Assembly: GCA_964441275.1 (NCBI GenBank)
Contig: CAYTUG010000009.1
Location: forward strand, 617-64,616
Reading direction: 5' to 3'
Source: an uncultured Christensenellaceae bacterium
GTDB taxonomy: Bacteria > Bacillota > Clostridia > Christensenellales > SZUA-584
Length of the DNA stretch: 64,000 bases
Within the stretch, counting starts at the first letter, position 1. Each line of letters opens with the position of its first letter. This document shows positions 1-11,521 of the stretch, piece after piece. The position numbers and the translations under genes are program-made. The notes below the pieces were generated by a model. That model saw nothing but the letters and a program-made list of their open reading frames with translations, did no database searches and was not told where the DNA came from.

Positions 1-206
1 AAGAGGCCAAGTTTCACGGGTTTGAATACTTTATTGATGCGCCCGAAGGCGTAATATATGTAGATATCTACCATTCGCTTATAAATCCCGCATCCGAGAC
101 ACAACAAGTGTCTACAAAAAAACAACGGGAATTGCTTGAGAATATTGTTGAGGGCATGATTATAGAAAAAGAAGATTACAATGGCGAAACAAGCCTGCCA
201 AGCTGA
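1..206 (+). CDS. 3' end of an unidentified protein-coding gene (5' part lies outside the window)
   Basis: Frame 3 is open from position 3 to TGA at 204-206 (EAKFHGFEYFIDAPEGVIYVDIYHSLINP...ETSLPS*) with coding-like composition. No family recognised. Confidence 0.4.
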   Translation, partial: EAKFHGFEYFIDAPEGVIYVDIYHSLINPASETQQVSTKKQRELLENIVEGMIIEKEDYNGETSLPS

Positions 207-334
207 AATTAGATTGTAAAACATTATAAACCTTCTAAGTCCTTCAGGGCTTTTTTTGTATTCCAAAATGAATAATTTTTGTGTATACGTCAATAATCAA
301 TGTGTGTATAGATAATGGTTTAAGGACAGTTTGT

Positions 335-859
335 ATGTTTAAGAAAAACAAATTTAAAAAACTGATGTTCATTGGATTAGTATTGGCGCTTACAGCGCAG
401 CTTTTCGGGTGCGCCCAAACGCCGCTTAGGCTGCATATTAAAGCGAACTCGAACAGCAAGGAAGACCAGGCAATAAAACTTAGCGTGCGTGACGCTATTT
501 TGGCTGTGTCCCGGGACGGAATAATTCAATGTGAAGATTATGCTTCGGCATGTGCATATATAGAGGACAGTCTTGAAATAATAAATAAGACGGCAGATAA
601 GGTGCTAACAGACGGCGGTTTTGGATACAAAGCGTATGCACAAGTCGGGGTGTTTCATTTTCCCGATAAAACGTATCAGGGCAAAGTTTATCCGGAAGGG
701 GACTATCAGGCCCTTTCCGTAACGCTTGGCAAGGGTGAAGGGGAAAACTGGTGGTGCGTGATGTTTCCGCCGCTGTGTATTACGGAAGTGGATAAAACAG
801 AGCAAGAAACTGAGTTTACGTCATTTTTTGCAGAACTTTTTGAATACATTTTTGGATAA
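335..859 (+). CDS. spoIIR: Stage II sporulation protein R (SpoIIR)
   Basis: Signal-peptide-like N-terminus (MFKKNKFKKLMFIGLVLALTAQLFGC). SpoIIR hallmarks LRLHIKANSNSKEDQAIKLSVRD and GEGENWWCVMFPPLC. ATG at 335 chosen over the upstream extension in the ORF track. Confidence 0.85.
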   Translation: MFKKNKFKKLMFIGLVLALTAQLFGCAQTPLRLHIKANSNSKEDQAIKLSVRDAILAVSRDGIIQCEDYASACAYIEDSLEIINKTADKVLTDGGFGYKAYAQVGVFHFPDKTYQGKVYPEGDYQALSVTLGKGEGENWWCVMFPPLCITEVDKTEQETEFTSFFAELFEYIFG

Positions 860-890
860 GCCGTTAAAGAAACTTCAAGGAGCCGGGCAC

Positions 891-1568
891 ATGAGAGGGT
901 TTGTCAAGCCACTTATACTTACTATAATGATTTTGGTCGCAGTTTTCAATTACGACTGCGCCATACTGCCTGCGGTTAGCTATAGAATGGGGACAAGCGG
1001 CGAAGGTGTAAAACAGGTACAACGCCGCCTCTTAGACTGGGGATATTACAAAGGTAAAGTTGACGGGTATTACGGAGTTTTAACGCAGGACGCGGTTATT
1101 GCTTTTCAAAAAAAGCACAGGATAACAATAGATGGGATTGTGGGAGCGCAGACGGCCGAAAAGCTTGGTATTTCGCTTGCTTCCGGCCGCTCTAACAGCT
1201 CTGGTACAAACCAAAATGACAATGATGTATACTTGCTTGCCCAGCTATGCCACAGCGAGGCAAGGGGCGAGCCTTACGAAGGTATGGTTGCCGTTGCATC
1301 TGTTGTTTTAAACAGGATAAAAAGTTCGCAGTTTCCTAATACTATGGCAAAGGTTATCTACCAAAGCGGCGCTTTTTCCGTCGTAGACGATGGGCAGATA
1401 AACATGGCGCCTAATGCGGCCTCGCTGCGGGCGGCGAGAGATGCCATAAACGGCTGGGACCCCTCGGGGGGCGCGCTGTTTTTTTACAATCCCTCTAAAA
1501 CACAAAACAAATGGATTCGCTCAAGGCCGGTTATTATTACTATAGGAACGCATATTTTTTGCAAATAG
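891..1568 (+). CDS. sleB: Spore cortex-lytic enzyme SleB (PG_binding_1 domain plus SleB-type cell-wall hydrolase domain)
   Basis: Peptidoglycan-binding repeat (GEGVKQVQRRLLDWGYYKGKVDGYYG...IDGIVGAQT). C-terminal SleB hydrolase motif (AQLCHSEARGEPYEGMVAVASVVLNR...GALFFYNP). ATG 891 is preceded by AAGGAG. ypeB lies immediately downstream. Confidence 0.85.
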   Translation: MRGFVKPLILTIMILVAVFNYDCAILPAVSYRMGTSGEGVKQVQRRLLDWGYYKGKVDGYYGVLTQDAVIAFQKKHRITIDGIVGAQTAEKLGISLASGRSNSSGTNQNDNDVYLLAQLCHSEARGEPYEGMVAVASVVLNRIKSSQFPNTMAKVIYQSGAFSVVDDGQINMAPNAASLRAARDAINGWDPSGGALFFYNPSKTQNKWIRSRPVIITIGTHIFCK

Positions 1569-1578
1569 GGAGGCGCTT

Positions 1579-2904
1579 ATGAAAAGGATTCACAAGCTTA
1601 TAGCATTGGTAACGGCGGGGTTGATTATAGCGGGTCTGTCTGCTTACGCAATTTTGCTTAATGGGGAGAAAAGCCGGCTTGAGCGTCAGATAAGCTCAAT
1701 TTATTCGCGTTCATTTGAAGATTTGCTTACCAATGTCTCAAGTCTTGAAGCGAAGCTTAACAAACTTGAAGCCGCAAGCGGGCTTATGCAACATCAGATG
1801 CTGCTAATGGACGCTTGGAGGCAGGCAGGCGAAACGGAAGGGTCTATATGCGCATTGCCTGTTTCTTTTTCGGGAACGGGCGCGCTGACTCAATTTGTAA
1901 ACCGCGCAGGAGATTGCTGCCGGGCGCTGTCCCGCAAGCTTGCATACGGTAAAACGCTAACGGATAACGATATTAGCCAGATACAAGATATGGCAGGCTC
2001 GTGCAGGGAAATTTACGTCAAGCTGAATTCAATTTTGAATGACGGGGAATATCCGGGCGATTTAGGCTTTTCATCGGGCGTATATATGGTAGGAGAAGAG
2101 CAAGGCGGCAATATTGATTTTGCCAATCAACAGTTTCCCCGTTTAATATATGACGGACCGTTTTCGGAAAGCACCGAAAACAAAACCCCGAAAGGCGTCA
2201 GCGGAAACGAGGTTTCAAGCGAAAAAGCGGCGGCGGCGGCGGCAAAGTTTTTGGGAACTTCCGTTAATGACATTGCGCTTGACGGCGAATGCAACGGCAC
2301 AATACCATGTTATAAGTTTAACGGAAAAAAAGCCGGGCAAAGCTTTGAAATTTCAATAACAAAAAAGGAAGCTAAGGTGCTTTGGTATATGAATACGCAC
2401 GATGGCGGGATTTCGGCGGTTCCAACCGATGAAAAATATGAACAGCTGTCCGAAGCAGCGCAAAAATTTTTGCGGGATAAGAAGTACGGCGAAAGCACAC
2501 CAAGCTACGCTCAGTTTTATAACGGGCTTGCCATAATAAATTTAGCGCCCGTTGAAGATGATATTGTGTTGTATCCGGATTTAATAAAGGTTTGGCTTGA
2601 TATTCCTACATGCAAAGTGGTGGGCATAGACGCAAATAATTATTTGATGTCGCATAAAAACCGCAGTTTTGTTAAACCTGTACTTTCAAAAGAACAGGCT
2701 CAAAAAAAGGTTAACAAAACAATCAAAGTCGAAAAAACAAGATTAGCGCTTATACCGTTAGAATCCGGAGCAGAGAAATTATGTTGGGAATTTACCGGCT
2801 CGTGCAACGGGCACGATTATATAATTTACATAAACGTTTTAACCGGCGATGAGGAGGATATACTCATTATACAGCATACGAACAACGGCACTCTTGTAAT
2901 GTAG
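1579..2904 (+). CDS. ypeB: Germination protein YpeB (SleB partner, PepSY-type C-terminal repeats)
   Basis: N-terminal TM helix and a length of 441 aa. C-terminal region is collinear with B. subtilis YpeB as I remember it (...LSKEQAQKKVNK..V.K.RLALIP...LCWEF...YINVLTGDEEDI). Canonical sleB-ypeB pairing. Confidence 0.8.
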   Translation: MKRIHKLIALVTAGLIIAGLSAYAILLNGEKSRLERQISSIYSRSFEDLLTNVSSLEAKLNKLEAASGLMQHQMLLMDAWRQAGETEGSICALPVSFSGTGALTQFVNRAGDCCRALSRKLAYGKTLTDNDISQIQDMAGSCREIYVKLNSILNDGEYPGDLGFSSGVYMVGEEQGGNIDFANQQFPRLIYDGPFSESTENKTPKGVSGNEVSSEKAAAAAAKFLGTSVNDIALDGECNGTIPCYKFNGKKAGQSFEISITKKEAKVLWYMNTHDGGISAVPTDEKYEQLSEAAQKFLRDKKYGESTPSYAQFYNGLAIINLAPVEDDIVLYPDLIKVWLDIPTCKVVGIDANNYLMSHKNRSFVKPVLSKEQAQKKVNKTIKVEKTRLALIPLESGAEKLCWEFTGSCNGHDYIIYINVLTGDEEDILIIQHTNNGTLVM

Positions 2905-2992
2905 CGGCGGCGTTATAAGCTGATTGGCAAATGCGTGAGAAACAAACACCGCAACGGTTAATTGCGCGTTTTTGTTTGAATCAAACGGGCTT

Positions 2993-3634
2993 TTATTCTA
3001 TTGCTCTTTTCGCTATCATCTCTTTGGTTTTCATAAGCCTGATAAGATTGCCCCGTTCGTTTTCGTCAAGTTTCATTCTGATGTATTTTATAGTTTCGAT
3101 TAATTGCGGTATCATCACGTATTCAAGAGCGTTTACCCTCCGCCGGGTTTTTTCAATTTCATCCGCCAATAAATTGCATGTTTTTTCAAGCTCGGCAAGC
3201 TCTATTAGTTTTGGCAACATTTGAGAAAGCTTATCCGTAGAGTGGTCAAGCTCTGCCGATGTATTCATCAAACCATAGGGGAAAAAGCTGCGTTCTTGTT
3301 TTTTTTCGGTATAGCTTATTTTTGGGACATCGACATTCATTATGTTTGCGCGCGATAAAACAACTTCCGCCTCGCGTATTGGGTAGATTAATGCCTCGTC
3401 CATAGCTTCTTTGCTCATCGCTATGCGTGCAAGCGCAAAACCGCGCAGCGCAAGCGTAAGAGACTCTTCAACAGTTTTACGCAGCTCTTTGTTCTTGCGT
3501 ATGAGCAACAAAAATATGCGCACCATTTCGTCGCGCTTGTCTTTTAAAAGTTTGTGCCCCCTTGAAGCAGTCGCCAATCGCTTTTTAAGCTTTGTAAGCT
3601 GCATCCTTGTCGGGTTTACTCTTAGCAGAGCCAT
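2993..3634 (-). CDS. ntpD: V-type ATP synthase subunit D
   Basis: N-terminus MALLRVNPTRMQLTKLKKRLATASRGHKLLKDKRDEM is typical of V/A-ATPase subunit D. Last gene of the operon. Confidence 0.9.
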   Translation of the reverse strand: MALLRVNPTRMQLTKLKKRLATASRGHKLLKDKRDEMVRIFLLLIRKNKELRKTVEESLTLALRGFALARIAMSKEAMDEALIYPIREAEVVLSRANIMNVDVPKISYTEKKQERSFFPYGLMNTSAELDHSTDKLSQMLPKLIELAELEKTCNLLADEIEKTRRRVNALEYVMIPQLIETIKYIRMKLDENERGNLIRLMKTKEMIAKRAIE

Positions 3635-3637
3635 ATA

Positions 3638-5017
3638 TTAATCCTCGTCCGCAGGCAAATATTTTTCAATATAGGCGTCGCTTATGCGCTTTAGTTCCGC
3701 CTTAGGCAAAATCTTTAGCAGCTTCCATCCTAAGTCTAACGTTTCCTCGATAGAACGGTTGGTTTCATACCCTTGCGAAACGTATTCGCGCTCGAAAGCA
3801 TCGGCAAATTTAGCATAAAGTTTATCAATATCTGATAAAGCCGCTTCGCCCAAGATAACGGAAAGCTCTTTAGCGTCTTTGCCGCGTGCATAAGCGGCGA
3901 ACAGCTGGTTCATGGTGTCCGCATGGTCTTCACGCGTTTTGTCTTTGCCAATGCCCTTATCTTTAAGCCTTGAGAGGGAAGGTAGCACATCAATAGGGGG
4001 CGTTAATCCCTTGCGCAGCAGCTCGCGGGATAATATTATTTGCCCTTCCGTAATATAGCCGGTTAAATCGGGTATTGGGTGCGTTTTATCGTCTTCGGGC
4101 ATAGAAAGAATAGGTATCTGGGTTACAGAGCCTTCCCTTCCTCTTATTCGCCCCGCCCGCTCGTACATAGTCGCTAAGTCGGTATAAAGATAACCGGGAT
4201 AGCCGCGCCTTCCCGGAACTTCTTTTCTTGCCGCCGATATTTCTCTTAACGCCTCGGCGTAGTTGGTGATATCGGTAATGATTACAAGAACGTGCAGCCC
4301 TTTTTCATAAGCGAGATATTCTGCAGCGGTTAACGCCATTCGCGGAGTGGATATACGCTCTATTGCCGGGTCGTCCGCAAGGTTTATAAACAAAACTGTG
4401 CGATCAATCGCACCCGTTTTTTTAAAGTCAGAAATGAAAAAGTCCGCTTCCGCAAAAGTTATGCCGACGGCGGCAAAAACTACCGCAAAACTTGCCTGGG
4501 TGCCCAAAACTTTTGCTTGACGCGCTATTTGTGCCGCAAGGTTTGCGTGGGGTAAGCCCGAACCGGAAAACACCGGTAACTTTTGTCCGCGAACAAGCGT
4601 GTTTAGCCCATCGATAGCAGATATACCCGTTTGAATAAACTCTTCCGGATAATCCCTTGCCGACGGATTTATGGGGGCGCCGTTTATATCCATTCGTTTT
4701 TCGGGTATTATTGCCGGTCCGCCGTCCATAGGTTCCCCCATGCCGTCAAAAACGCGCCCTAACATGTCGTATGATACGGCTAATTCAATACTTCGTCCTA
4801 AAAAACGCGCCTTGGATGTTGATATTTTCAAGCCCTGCGCGCTCTCGAAAAGCTGTACAAGCGCCTTGTCGCCGTCTATTTCAAGCACTTTTCCGCGGCG
4901 TATGTCGCCGTCCTGCTGAATAATTTGAACGAGCTCGTCGTATTTAATTCCGCTGACCCCCTCAACAAGCATAAGGGGGCCGACAACCTCGCTAATTGTG
5001 CGGTATTCTTTAAGCAA
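3638..5017 (-). CDS. ntpB: V-type ATP synthase subunit B
   Basis: Strong V/A-type B-subunit similarity throughout ([20 protein letters not shown]...). I prefer the TTG start at 5017, which gives the canonical MLKEYRT N-terminus and has a GAGGAAGGTGGA RBS. The ORF-track GTG at 5038 is the alternative. Confidence 0.9.
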   Translation of the reverse strand: MLKEYRTISEVVGPLMLVEGVSGIKYDELVQIIQQDGDIRRGKVLEIDGDKALVQLFESAQGLKISTSKARFLGRSIELAVSYDMLGRVFDGMGEPMDGGPAIIPEKRMDINGAPINPSARDYPEEFIQTGISAIDGLNTLVRGQKLPVFSGSGLPHANLAAQIARQAKVLGTQASFAVVFAAVGITFAEADFFISDFKKTGAIDRTVLFINLADDPAIERISTPRMALTAAEYLAYEKGLHVLVIITDITNYAEALREISAARKEVPGRRGYPGYLYTDLATMYERAGRIRGREGSVTQIPILSMPEDDKTHPIPDLTGYITEGQIILSRELLRKGLTPPIDVLPSLSRLKDKGIGKDKTREDHADTMNQLFAAYARGKDAKELSVILGEAALSDIDKLYAKFADAFEREYVSQGYETNRSIEETLDLGWKLLKILPKAELKRISDAYIEKYLPADED

Positions 5018-6785
5018 TTTCAATTCCACCTTCCTCACAAAGCGCCGCTATCTGAGATTTTAGGCTTTCGCGTATATTTGCAAAATGTTCGGTTGCATTT
5101 TTTTCGTCTACATATTTGGCGCGGCCAATATCTTCTCTTATTGGCATGGCGGTTATTTTGGACAGGGGAGCGCCAGCGGCCAATGCGTTTTCTCCGAGTT
5201 CGCCCCACTCAAGTATTAAAGAAAGCATGCCCGCCTGTTTATTCAGCGAAGTATAAGTATCAGTTTGATGAAAAGCGTTTTGATGCAGGTAATCTTCGCG
5301 TATTGAACGGCAGGTTTCTAACTTTAAGCGGTCTTTCAAAGACAGCGCGTCAACGCCCACAAGGCGCACAATTTCTTCAAGTTCGGATTCCTCCTGCAGC
5401 AGTTGCATGGTTTTTGCGCGCAAAGCGTTCCATTGCTTGGACACGTTATCGTCAAACCATTCGTTCAGATTTTCGGTGTAAAGGGAATAAGAAGTAAGCC
5501 AGTCTATTGCAGGAAAATGGCGTTTGTAGGCTAACTGGTCGGACAATCCCCAAAACACTTTTACTATTCTTAAAGTAGCCTGTGAAACGGGTTCGGAAAT
5601 ATCGCCCCCCGGGGGGGATACTGCGCCTATTGCGGTTATCGCCCCTGTGCGGCCATCGGAACCGAGGGCTTTTACAATACCTGCGCGCTCATAAAACCCG
5701 GCAAGCCTTGAGGAAAGATAGGCCGGATAGCCTTCGTCCCCCGGCATCTCTTCAAGCCGTCCGGACATCTCGCGCAACGCTTCCGCCCACCTCGAGGTTG
5801 AATCCGCCATTACGGCGACTTTATAACCCATATCCCTAAAGTACTCCGCTATGGTTATTCCGGTATATATAGAAGCTTCCCGCGCCGCCACAGGCATATC
5901 GGAAGTGTTGGCGATAAGCACTGTGCGCTTCATAAGCGGTTCTCCCGAGCGCGGGTCTTTAAGCTCTGGAAACTCCATAAGAACGTCTGTCATTTCGTTG
6001 CCGCGTTCTCCGCAACCGATGTATACTATTATGTCGGCATCGGCCCATTTAGCTAACTGGTGCTGAACCACGGTCTTTCCGCTTCCAAAAGGGCCGGGCA
6101 CGGCGGCAACGCCTCCTTTGGCGATTGGGAAAAGAGTATCAATGACTCTTTGACCTGTTATCATCGGCTCGGCCGGGGGCAGTTTCTCGGCAAAAGGACG
6201 GCCAATTCGCACCGGCCATTTTTGCAGCATTTTGACTTCGACTGTTTCGTTTTTTGCCGTTTTCAGCTTTGCGATAGGCTCTACAATCGTTGCATTGCCG
6301 TCCGCAAGCCATTCTAATGTGCCCGAAACGCCGGGAGGCACCATAATAAAATGGCGTACCAACGTAGTTTCCTGAACATAACCTAAAAAGTCGCCCGGCG
6401 TTAGCATATCGCCCGCATTAGCCAAAGGCTTAAACTGCCACTCTTTGTCGTAATCAAGCGCAGGAGGGCTTATCCCGCGGCTTATTCGGTCTCCAACTAT
6501 CTCGTATATTTTATCAAGCGGGCGTTGTATGCCGTCAAATATAGAGGCGATAAGCCCGGGCGCAAGCTCAACCGACAGCGGATTATCGGTAGGATATACC
6601 GTTTCACCCGGCCCTAATCCGCTCGTTTCCTCATAGACTTGAATTGACGCCATCTCGCCCCTAAGCTCAATGATCTCTCCAATTAATTTCTTTTCGCTTA
6701 CTCGCACAACGTCGTATATTTTGCTGTCTTTTAGCCCCTTTGCTACTATCAGCGGACCGGAAACCTTAACTATCTTGCCTTCCAT
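5010..6785 (-). CDS. ntpA: V-type ATP synthase catalytic subunit A
   Basis: 591 aa. Walker [10 protein letters not shown] and typical V-type A-subunit sequence including the non-homologous insert region. Confidence 0.95.
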   Translation of the reverse strand: MEGKIVKVSGPLIVAKGLKDSKIYDVVRVSEKKLIGEIIELRGEMASIQVYEETSGLGPGETVYPTDNPLSVELAPGLIASIFDGIQRPLDKIYEIVGDRISRGISPPALDYDKEWQFKPLANAGDMLTPGDFLGYVQETTLVRHFIMVPPGVSGTLEWLADGNATIVEPIAKLKTAKNETVEVKMLQKWPVRIGRPFAEKLPPAEPMITGQRVIDTLFPIAKGGVAAVPGPFGSGKTVVQHQLAKWADADIIVYIGCGERGNEMTDVLMEFPELKDPRSGEPLMKRTVLIANTSDMPVAAREASIYTGITIAEYFRDMGYKVAVMADSTSRWAEALREMSGRLEEMPGDEGYPAYLSSRLAGFYERAGIVKALGSDGRTGAITAIGAVSPPGGDISEPVSQATLRIVKVFWGLSDQLAYKRHFPAIDWLTSYSLYTENLNEWFDDNVSKQWNALRAKTMQLLQEESELEEIVRLVGVDALSLKDRLKLETCRSIREDYLHQNAFHQTDTYTSLNKQAGMLSLILEWGELGENALAAGAPLSKITAMPIREDIGRAKYVDEKNATEHFANIRESLKSQIAALCEEGGIEIA

Positions 6786-6804
6786 AACATACCCTTCCTG
6801 AAAA

Positions 6805-7116
6805 TTAATCGAGTAAAATATCTGCTCCTATTGCTTTTTCTACATTGGCGCGAATGCCCCGCATGCCAAAACCGGTTGCGCCTTGGTTTCCCGGAATGGG
6901 GATTATCACGGGGTAAGCAGAAGTTTTGTATCGATCTATAGCTTCTTGTGCACATTGCGCCGCATGTTCGGTAATAAAAATTATGGCATATCCGCCGTTT
7001 GCAAGCCGGTTAATAACCTGCGAAGCGTGTTCTTTGGGTGTAGGAAATATATCAATACCCAAAGTTTTAAAACCTATAATGCTGTCTAAATCGCCAACGG
7101 CGCCAATTTTGTTCAT
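6805..7116 (-). CDS. V-type ATP synthase subunit F
   Basis: About 103 aa ([25 protein letters not shown]...), located between subunits C and A. The internal ATG at 7116 avoids overlap with the subunit C stop. Confidence 0.8.
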   Translation of the reverse strand: MNKIGAVGDLDSIIGFKTLGIDIFPTPKEHASQVINRLANGGYAIIFITEHAAQCAQEAIDRYKTSAYPVIIPIPGNQGATGFGMRGIRANVEKAIGADILLD

Positions 7117-7126
7117 GTTTTTTCCT

Positions 7127-8113
7127 TTATTGATAAAGCTGTTTAAGCCTTTGCATAACAATACCGGTATCTATTCCGCTTTGTTTTGCGCTCATCACCA
7201 TGCGTACCGCCGCCGCTTCGCGCTGTTTTGCGATATAATAGCCCATCAAAGGGCCGATTCCAAACAGGCCGAAACGGTTTTCACGCAGCAAAGACATAAG
7301 ATAATCATCACGCGCCTTTTCCAACATATATAAACTGCCGCCTTTTTGATAAACCGCAAACGCATCAAAGAGTATATGAGAATATCCTTTCGCCGCGGCT
7401 GCCAAAAAGCCATCATCCGCAATATCAAACGCATCCAACAGCATACGCTTGCTTAATTTGCCGCCTTTTAAATGAGCTCTGTCATAATAGGCTTTGCCTG
7501 CCGAGGCCGCCCGGACCCGCAAAAGAGCGATTATGTTTGTCAAATCGAAGAACGCTTGAAAATATTCGGTAACGAGCGCAAAGCCGAGCCGTTTAACTAA
7601 ACGCATAATATCTTTTGCATATGCTCTGTCAAGCGCAACTGCGACAATAGATGCATCGGGCGCGGCCGCAAGCTGATTGTCGATATAAGACAATGCTTCT
7701 TTCATAGGCAGAGGCAAATCAAAATACTTTTTGTCGGAAACTGCACGCGATAACCTTTCAACGCTTATATTACCTTGCTTTAAACCCGATGCGCTTGTGT
7801 TGCGCAAAGATAATTTAATAATCGATTTTAAGTTTTGATAATCCCGCTCGGTAAGCATAATTTGAATAAAAGTATCGTTGGGCGAAAGCGCCTTGATTAA
7901 AGAGTCCGTATTATCAAGCTCTTTTGAAATCAGCAGTTCAAAATCATTGTTTGATATGCCTTGTCCGTAACCTAATTCGGCTAAAGTTTTCATGGCGGCA
8001 TCAAAAGAATCCGCTTCGATAAGCCTTGAAAGTTTCTCTTTTGTAATTAACCGTTGCTCAAGCACTTTTATTCGCGCAAAAGCATACGGGAAACTGCTCG
8101 ATATCTGTGACAT
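7127..8113 (-). CDS. ntpC: V-type ATP synthase subunit C (eukaryotic d-like)
   Basis: 328 aa with N-terminus ...YAFARIKVLEQRLI, typical of the V0-d / A-type C family. Operon position between E and F. Confidence 0.85.
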   Translation of the reverse strand: MSQISSSFPYAFARIKVLEQRLITKEKLSRLIEADSFDAAMKTLAELGYGQGISNNDFELLISKELDNTDSLIKALSPNDTFIQIMLTERDYQNLKSIIKLSLRNTSASGLKQGNISVERLSRAVSDKKYFDLPLPMKEALSYIDNQLAAAPDASIVAVALDRAYAKDIMRLVKRLGFALVTEYFQAFFDLTNIIALLRVRAASAGKAYYDRAHLKGGKLSKRMLLDAFDIADDGFLAAAAKGYSHILFDAFAVYQKGGSLYMLEKARDDYLMSLLRENRFGLFGIGPLMGYYIAKQREAAAVRMVMSAKQSGIDTGIVMQRLKQLYQ

Positions 8114-8728
8114 TTATTCCCCTGCTAAGTTTTCTTCAAACAGTATTGCAGCAATTTGCGGCTCATGCTGCTGCCATATTTGCTCAAGCATAGACTCTAA
8201 CGAAACATCTATTTCTAATCCGCCGTCTATATATACAAAACCGCCCCGCATTTCCCGCTTCTGTTGCAGCAGCTTTACATTTCCTTTGCCTGTGGTTTTT
8301 TTCAGTTCACCGTTAACCCCGTTAACAAACGCGGCGTCTATTGCTTTTTCGCTGTTTGAAATTATTATTTCACCTTCGCCGTTTGCCGCGCATGCAAGCA
8401 AACGCTTTTTTAGCATCAACAAATAATCTTCTTTATTTAATGAGCTTAATTTCTCAAGAGCAAGTGACTTTGCTTGTTCCATAACTTGCTGTTTTGCCGA
8501 CAAAATCTGCTTTCTGTGCTCTAAATCAAAAATCGCTTCTATGCGCTTTTTATCTTCAATTACGGTTTGCTCAGCCGCGCGTTCAATCTCCGCCACCTGT
8601 TTCTGGATGATGCGGTTCGTTTTTTCGTTGATCTCGCGTTTTTTGCGCTCCGTTTCCTGGGCAACCTTTTCTGCGTCAAGTTTCGCGTCTGCAAGTATTT
8701 TGTCTATAAGTTTTTGTGCGCTAGCCAA
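8114..8728 (-). CDS. ntpE: V-type ATP synthase subunit E (peripheral stalk)
   Basis: 204 aa. Charged coiled-coil N-terminus (KLIDKILADAKLDAEKVAQETERKKREI...) and globular C-terminus. Position in operon. Confidence 0.85.
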   Translation of the reverse strand: MASAQKLIDKILADAKLDAEKVAQETERKKREINEKTNRIIQKQVAEIERAAEQTVIEDKKRIEAIFDLEHRKQILSAKQQVMEQAKSLALEKLSSLNKEDYLLMLKKRLLACAANGEGEIIISNSEKAIDAAFVNGVNGELKKTTGKGNVKLLQQKREMRGGFVYIDGGLEIDVSLESMLEQIWQQHEPQIAAILFEENLAGE

Positions 8729-8744
8729 TATTAATCACACCCTT

Positions 8745-9290
<546 letters not shown>

Positions 9291-11198
9291 TTAATTACTA
9301 ATTTTGTGGTGACGGGTGCGAAACGCCAAAGGCATAAACGCATGTCCGTCTCCTTCATAAAACTTATTAAAAAACTCTATATACTGCAGCCTTGCCGTGT
9401 GTACAAACGCTCCGAGCGTGTTTATTGCAATGTTAAACACATGGCCGAAGGTAAGAATTATTATACCCATAATATAACCTATAAAATTGCCCATAAGCAA
9501 CCCGCCAATGGTGTTAAACACCATAGCGATTACAGTGGTTGCAAGCCCCATTCCAAAAATCCGGCTGTAAGAAAGTATATCCCCTATATAGCTGGTAACT
9601 CCGTACAAACTCGCAAGCCCGCCGGTTATTTTTTTAATGACGCCTTTTTTATGCCTGCCTTGTGTAAACAGAAGAATAGCCGCTCCCGCAATTGTCAAGT
9701 ATGAGCCAATAGTGCCGATTACGCCGCCAAGTATGAGCATTATGCACCCGCTTATCAACAAGAACCATGAAAAACGATCAAAGACTGCATCAAGTATCCG
9801 TCCGCGGCGGATATCCATATACATGGCTATAAAAAGCCCGGTAAATATGTGTATTACCCCAACGCCAAGGCAAACGATAAGCGTGAGCATCGCACCCTGC
9901 GCATCTTGTATAGGATTAAGAACATATGGAATGCCCTCTATGCTAAGCACGGTCCCAAAGAAAACGCCCCAAAGAGAACCGGAAATTCCGCAAATCATAA
10001 TAACGGTGGTTATTTTTCTAAACATACCCGTCGGCTTTTTAATCTTAAGCATAAGGTATGCGCCAACGGTCAGCACTATACCGTAAACCACATCCGCCAT
10101 CATCATCCCGAAAATGATAAAATAAAATATAGACATAATTAAATTTGGGTCGAATCCGCGCGATGAAGGTATTGAATACATATCCGTTACCGCTTCAAAA
10201 GGGGTAACGGCCGGCGGATTGGATATCGCTGTGGGCGGTATTTCATCCTCGTAAGGGTTTCTAAAATTTATATAGGCTTCAGGCGCGGATTTTTTTAAAG
10301 ATTGTTCAATTTTATCGCAATCGTTTGAAATAACCCACCCTTCAAGAGCAAACGCCGCACCCGTTTCAGCCAGCCTTTCAACGCAACGCTCCCTTGCCTG
10401 TTCAGTGAGCAAATAGTCCTCAACCAAACATAGCAGGCTTTTATGCTGCGTAAACTCTTTAGCTTCTTTTTGCATTCCGGCCATCTTGTTGCTAATCTTG
10501 TCATGCTCTTTTTTATAGTCCGCTATGATATTTTTTGTTGTTCCAAAATAGTCCTTTGAGGGAGCATCGGTAAAGCCAAAGCTTTTCAGCTGAGCCCTTA
10601 AGAGTTCGCTGATATCGTTATGCGCAATAATGTACACCGCAAAAAGATTGCCGTCCGTTTTGGTATATTCCATGTAGGCGGTATCAAATTCTTCGCATAT
10701 TTGGTTTAAGTTTTGTTCATTCTCGAAAGGTATTGTGCCGAGAAAACTTGTTGTATATGCGCTTTCCCCTAATGTTTCAAGCGGGATATCGAAACAACCG
10801 AACGGCTCAAGCTGAGAAATTTGGTTCAAAATACGTTGCTGCCGCATTTTCAAAGCAGCAAAATCGGCGTTGTATTGTTTTATTTTATCCGCTATCTGTT
10901 GCGCTTCGTCTAACCGGGAACTTAACCCGCTAAGCTGTTTTATTGTGATGCCGGGCTTTGGGTTAAAGAAAGAACTTTTTTCGTCATCAAACCGACGTAT
11001 AGTTTCAAGCGCCGTGCGCACATCGGCAAGCATAGAATCAACATGCGCATACTTTTCGGAGCTAACGCCCGCCGCGGCGCCTTCAAACTGTGTGTGAGTT
11101 ACCTCAATTGCGCCTAATTCCTGTATACTTTTAAGAAGAGCGCTTTTATTATCCTGGTGGGCAAAAAGCGCAATTTTTTTCATCTCCAATATGGCCAT
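9291..11198 (-). CDS. ntpI: V-type ATP synthase subunit I (a-subunit homologue)
   Basis: 635 aa. Soluble coiled N-terminal half plus a polytopic C-terminal half ending ...ARLQYIEFFNKFYEGDGHAF, typical of the family. Confidence 0.9.
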   Translation of the reverse strand: MAILEMKKIALFAHQDNKSALLKSIQELGAIEVTHTQFEGAAAGVSSEKYAHVDSMLADVRTALETIRRFDDEKSSFFNPKPGITIKQLSGLSSRLDEAQQIADKIKQYNADFAALKMRQQRILNQISQLEPFGCFDIPLETLGESAYTTSFLGTIPFENEQNLNQICEEFDTAYMEYTKTDGNLFAVYIIAHNDISELLRAQLKSFGFTDAPSKDYFGTTKNIIADYKKEHDKISNKMAGMQKEAKEFTQHKSLLCLVEDYLLTEQARERCVERLAETGAAFALEGWVISNDCDKIEQSLKKSAPEAYINFRNPYEDEIPPTAISNPPAVTPFEAVTDMYSIPSSRGFDPNLIMSIFYFIIFGMMMADVVYGIVLTVGAYLMLKIKKPTGMFRKITTVIMICGISGSLWGVFFGTVLSIEGIPYVLNPIQDAQGAMLTLIVCLGVGVIHIFTGLFIAMYMDIRRGRILDAVFDRFSWFLLISGCIMLILGGVIGTIGSYLTIAGAAILLFTQGRHKKGVIKKITGGLASLYGVTSYIGDILSYSRIFGMGLATTVIAMVFNTIGGLLMGNFIGYIMGIIILTFGHVFNIAINTLGAFVHTARLQYIEFFNKFYEGDGHAFMPLAFRTRHHKISN

Positions 11199-11201
11199 AT
11201 A

Positions 11202-11510
11202 TTATAATAGCCCTTCTATACAAAGATTGGCCGCCGTTTCCAACTTTTTTTGGGCAACCTTTTTTAACTCGTCACATTCCGCTTGCTTCTGTAATTTTTG
11301 TTTCTCAATATTTGCATATATCGACTGTTTAGCCGATTCTAACTTCTTTTGGCTCGCAAGCTGCGCTTTTGAAACCGCGTTTTCAATCAAGCGTTCGCAT
11401 TTCTCGGCAGCCTCTTTTAAATCTTGCTTTGCGGAAAGGCCGGCTTTTTGCCTTATTTCGTCTGCCTGGGCCTCGGCAGCTTTAATTTGGTTTAATACCT
11501 GCGTTGTCAT
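11202..11510 (-). CDS. Small coiled-coil V-type ATPase stalk subunit (G/H-like)
   Basis: 102 aa, Ala/Lys/Glu-rich helical protein (QIKAAEAQADEIRQKA...). First gene of the ATPase block, 3 nt upstream of subunit I. Confidence 0.65.
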   Translation of the reverse strand: MTTQVLNQIKAAEAQADEIRQKAGLSAKQDLKEAAEKCERLIENAVSKAQLASQKKLESAKQSIYANIEKQKLQKQAECDELKKVAQKKLETAANLCIEGLL

Positions 11511-11521
11511 AGCTTCTCCTG

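Noticed and set aside
2950-2977. Terminator between the convergent ypeB and V-ATPase subunit D genes, and similar weak hairpins after metK (28607-28621), etfA (about 57875-57895) and at 43006-43029
   Set aside because: The stems are only 5-6 bp with poor or absent U-tracts, so they are not distinguishable from chance in my hand analysis.
4925-5497. 190-aa plus-strand ORF and many similar 60-150-aa ORFs antisense to the V-ATPase, leuS, mfd, glmU, gdpP, recD2 and acyl-CoA dehydrogenase genes
   Set aside because: These are shadow ORFs lying entirely inside strongly supported genes on the opposite strand. They have Arg/Ser/Pro/Cys-rich unnatural composition and no RBS.
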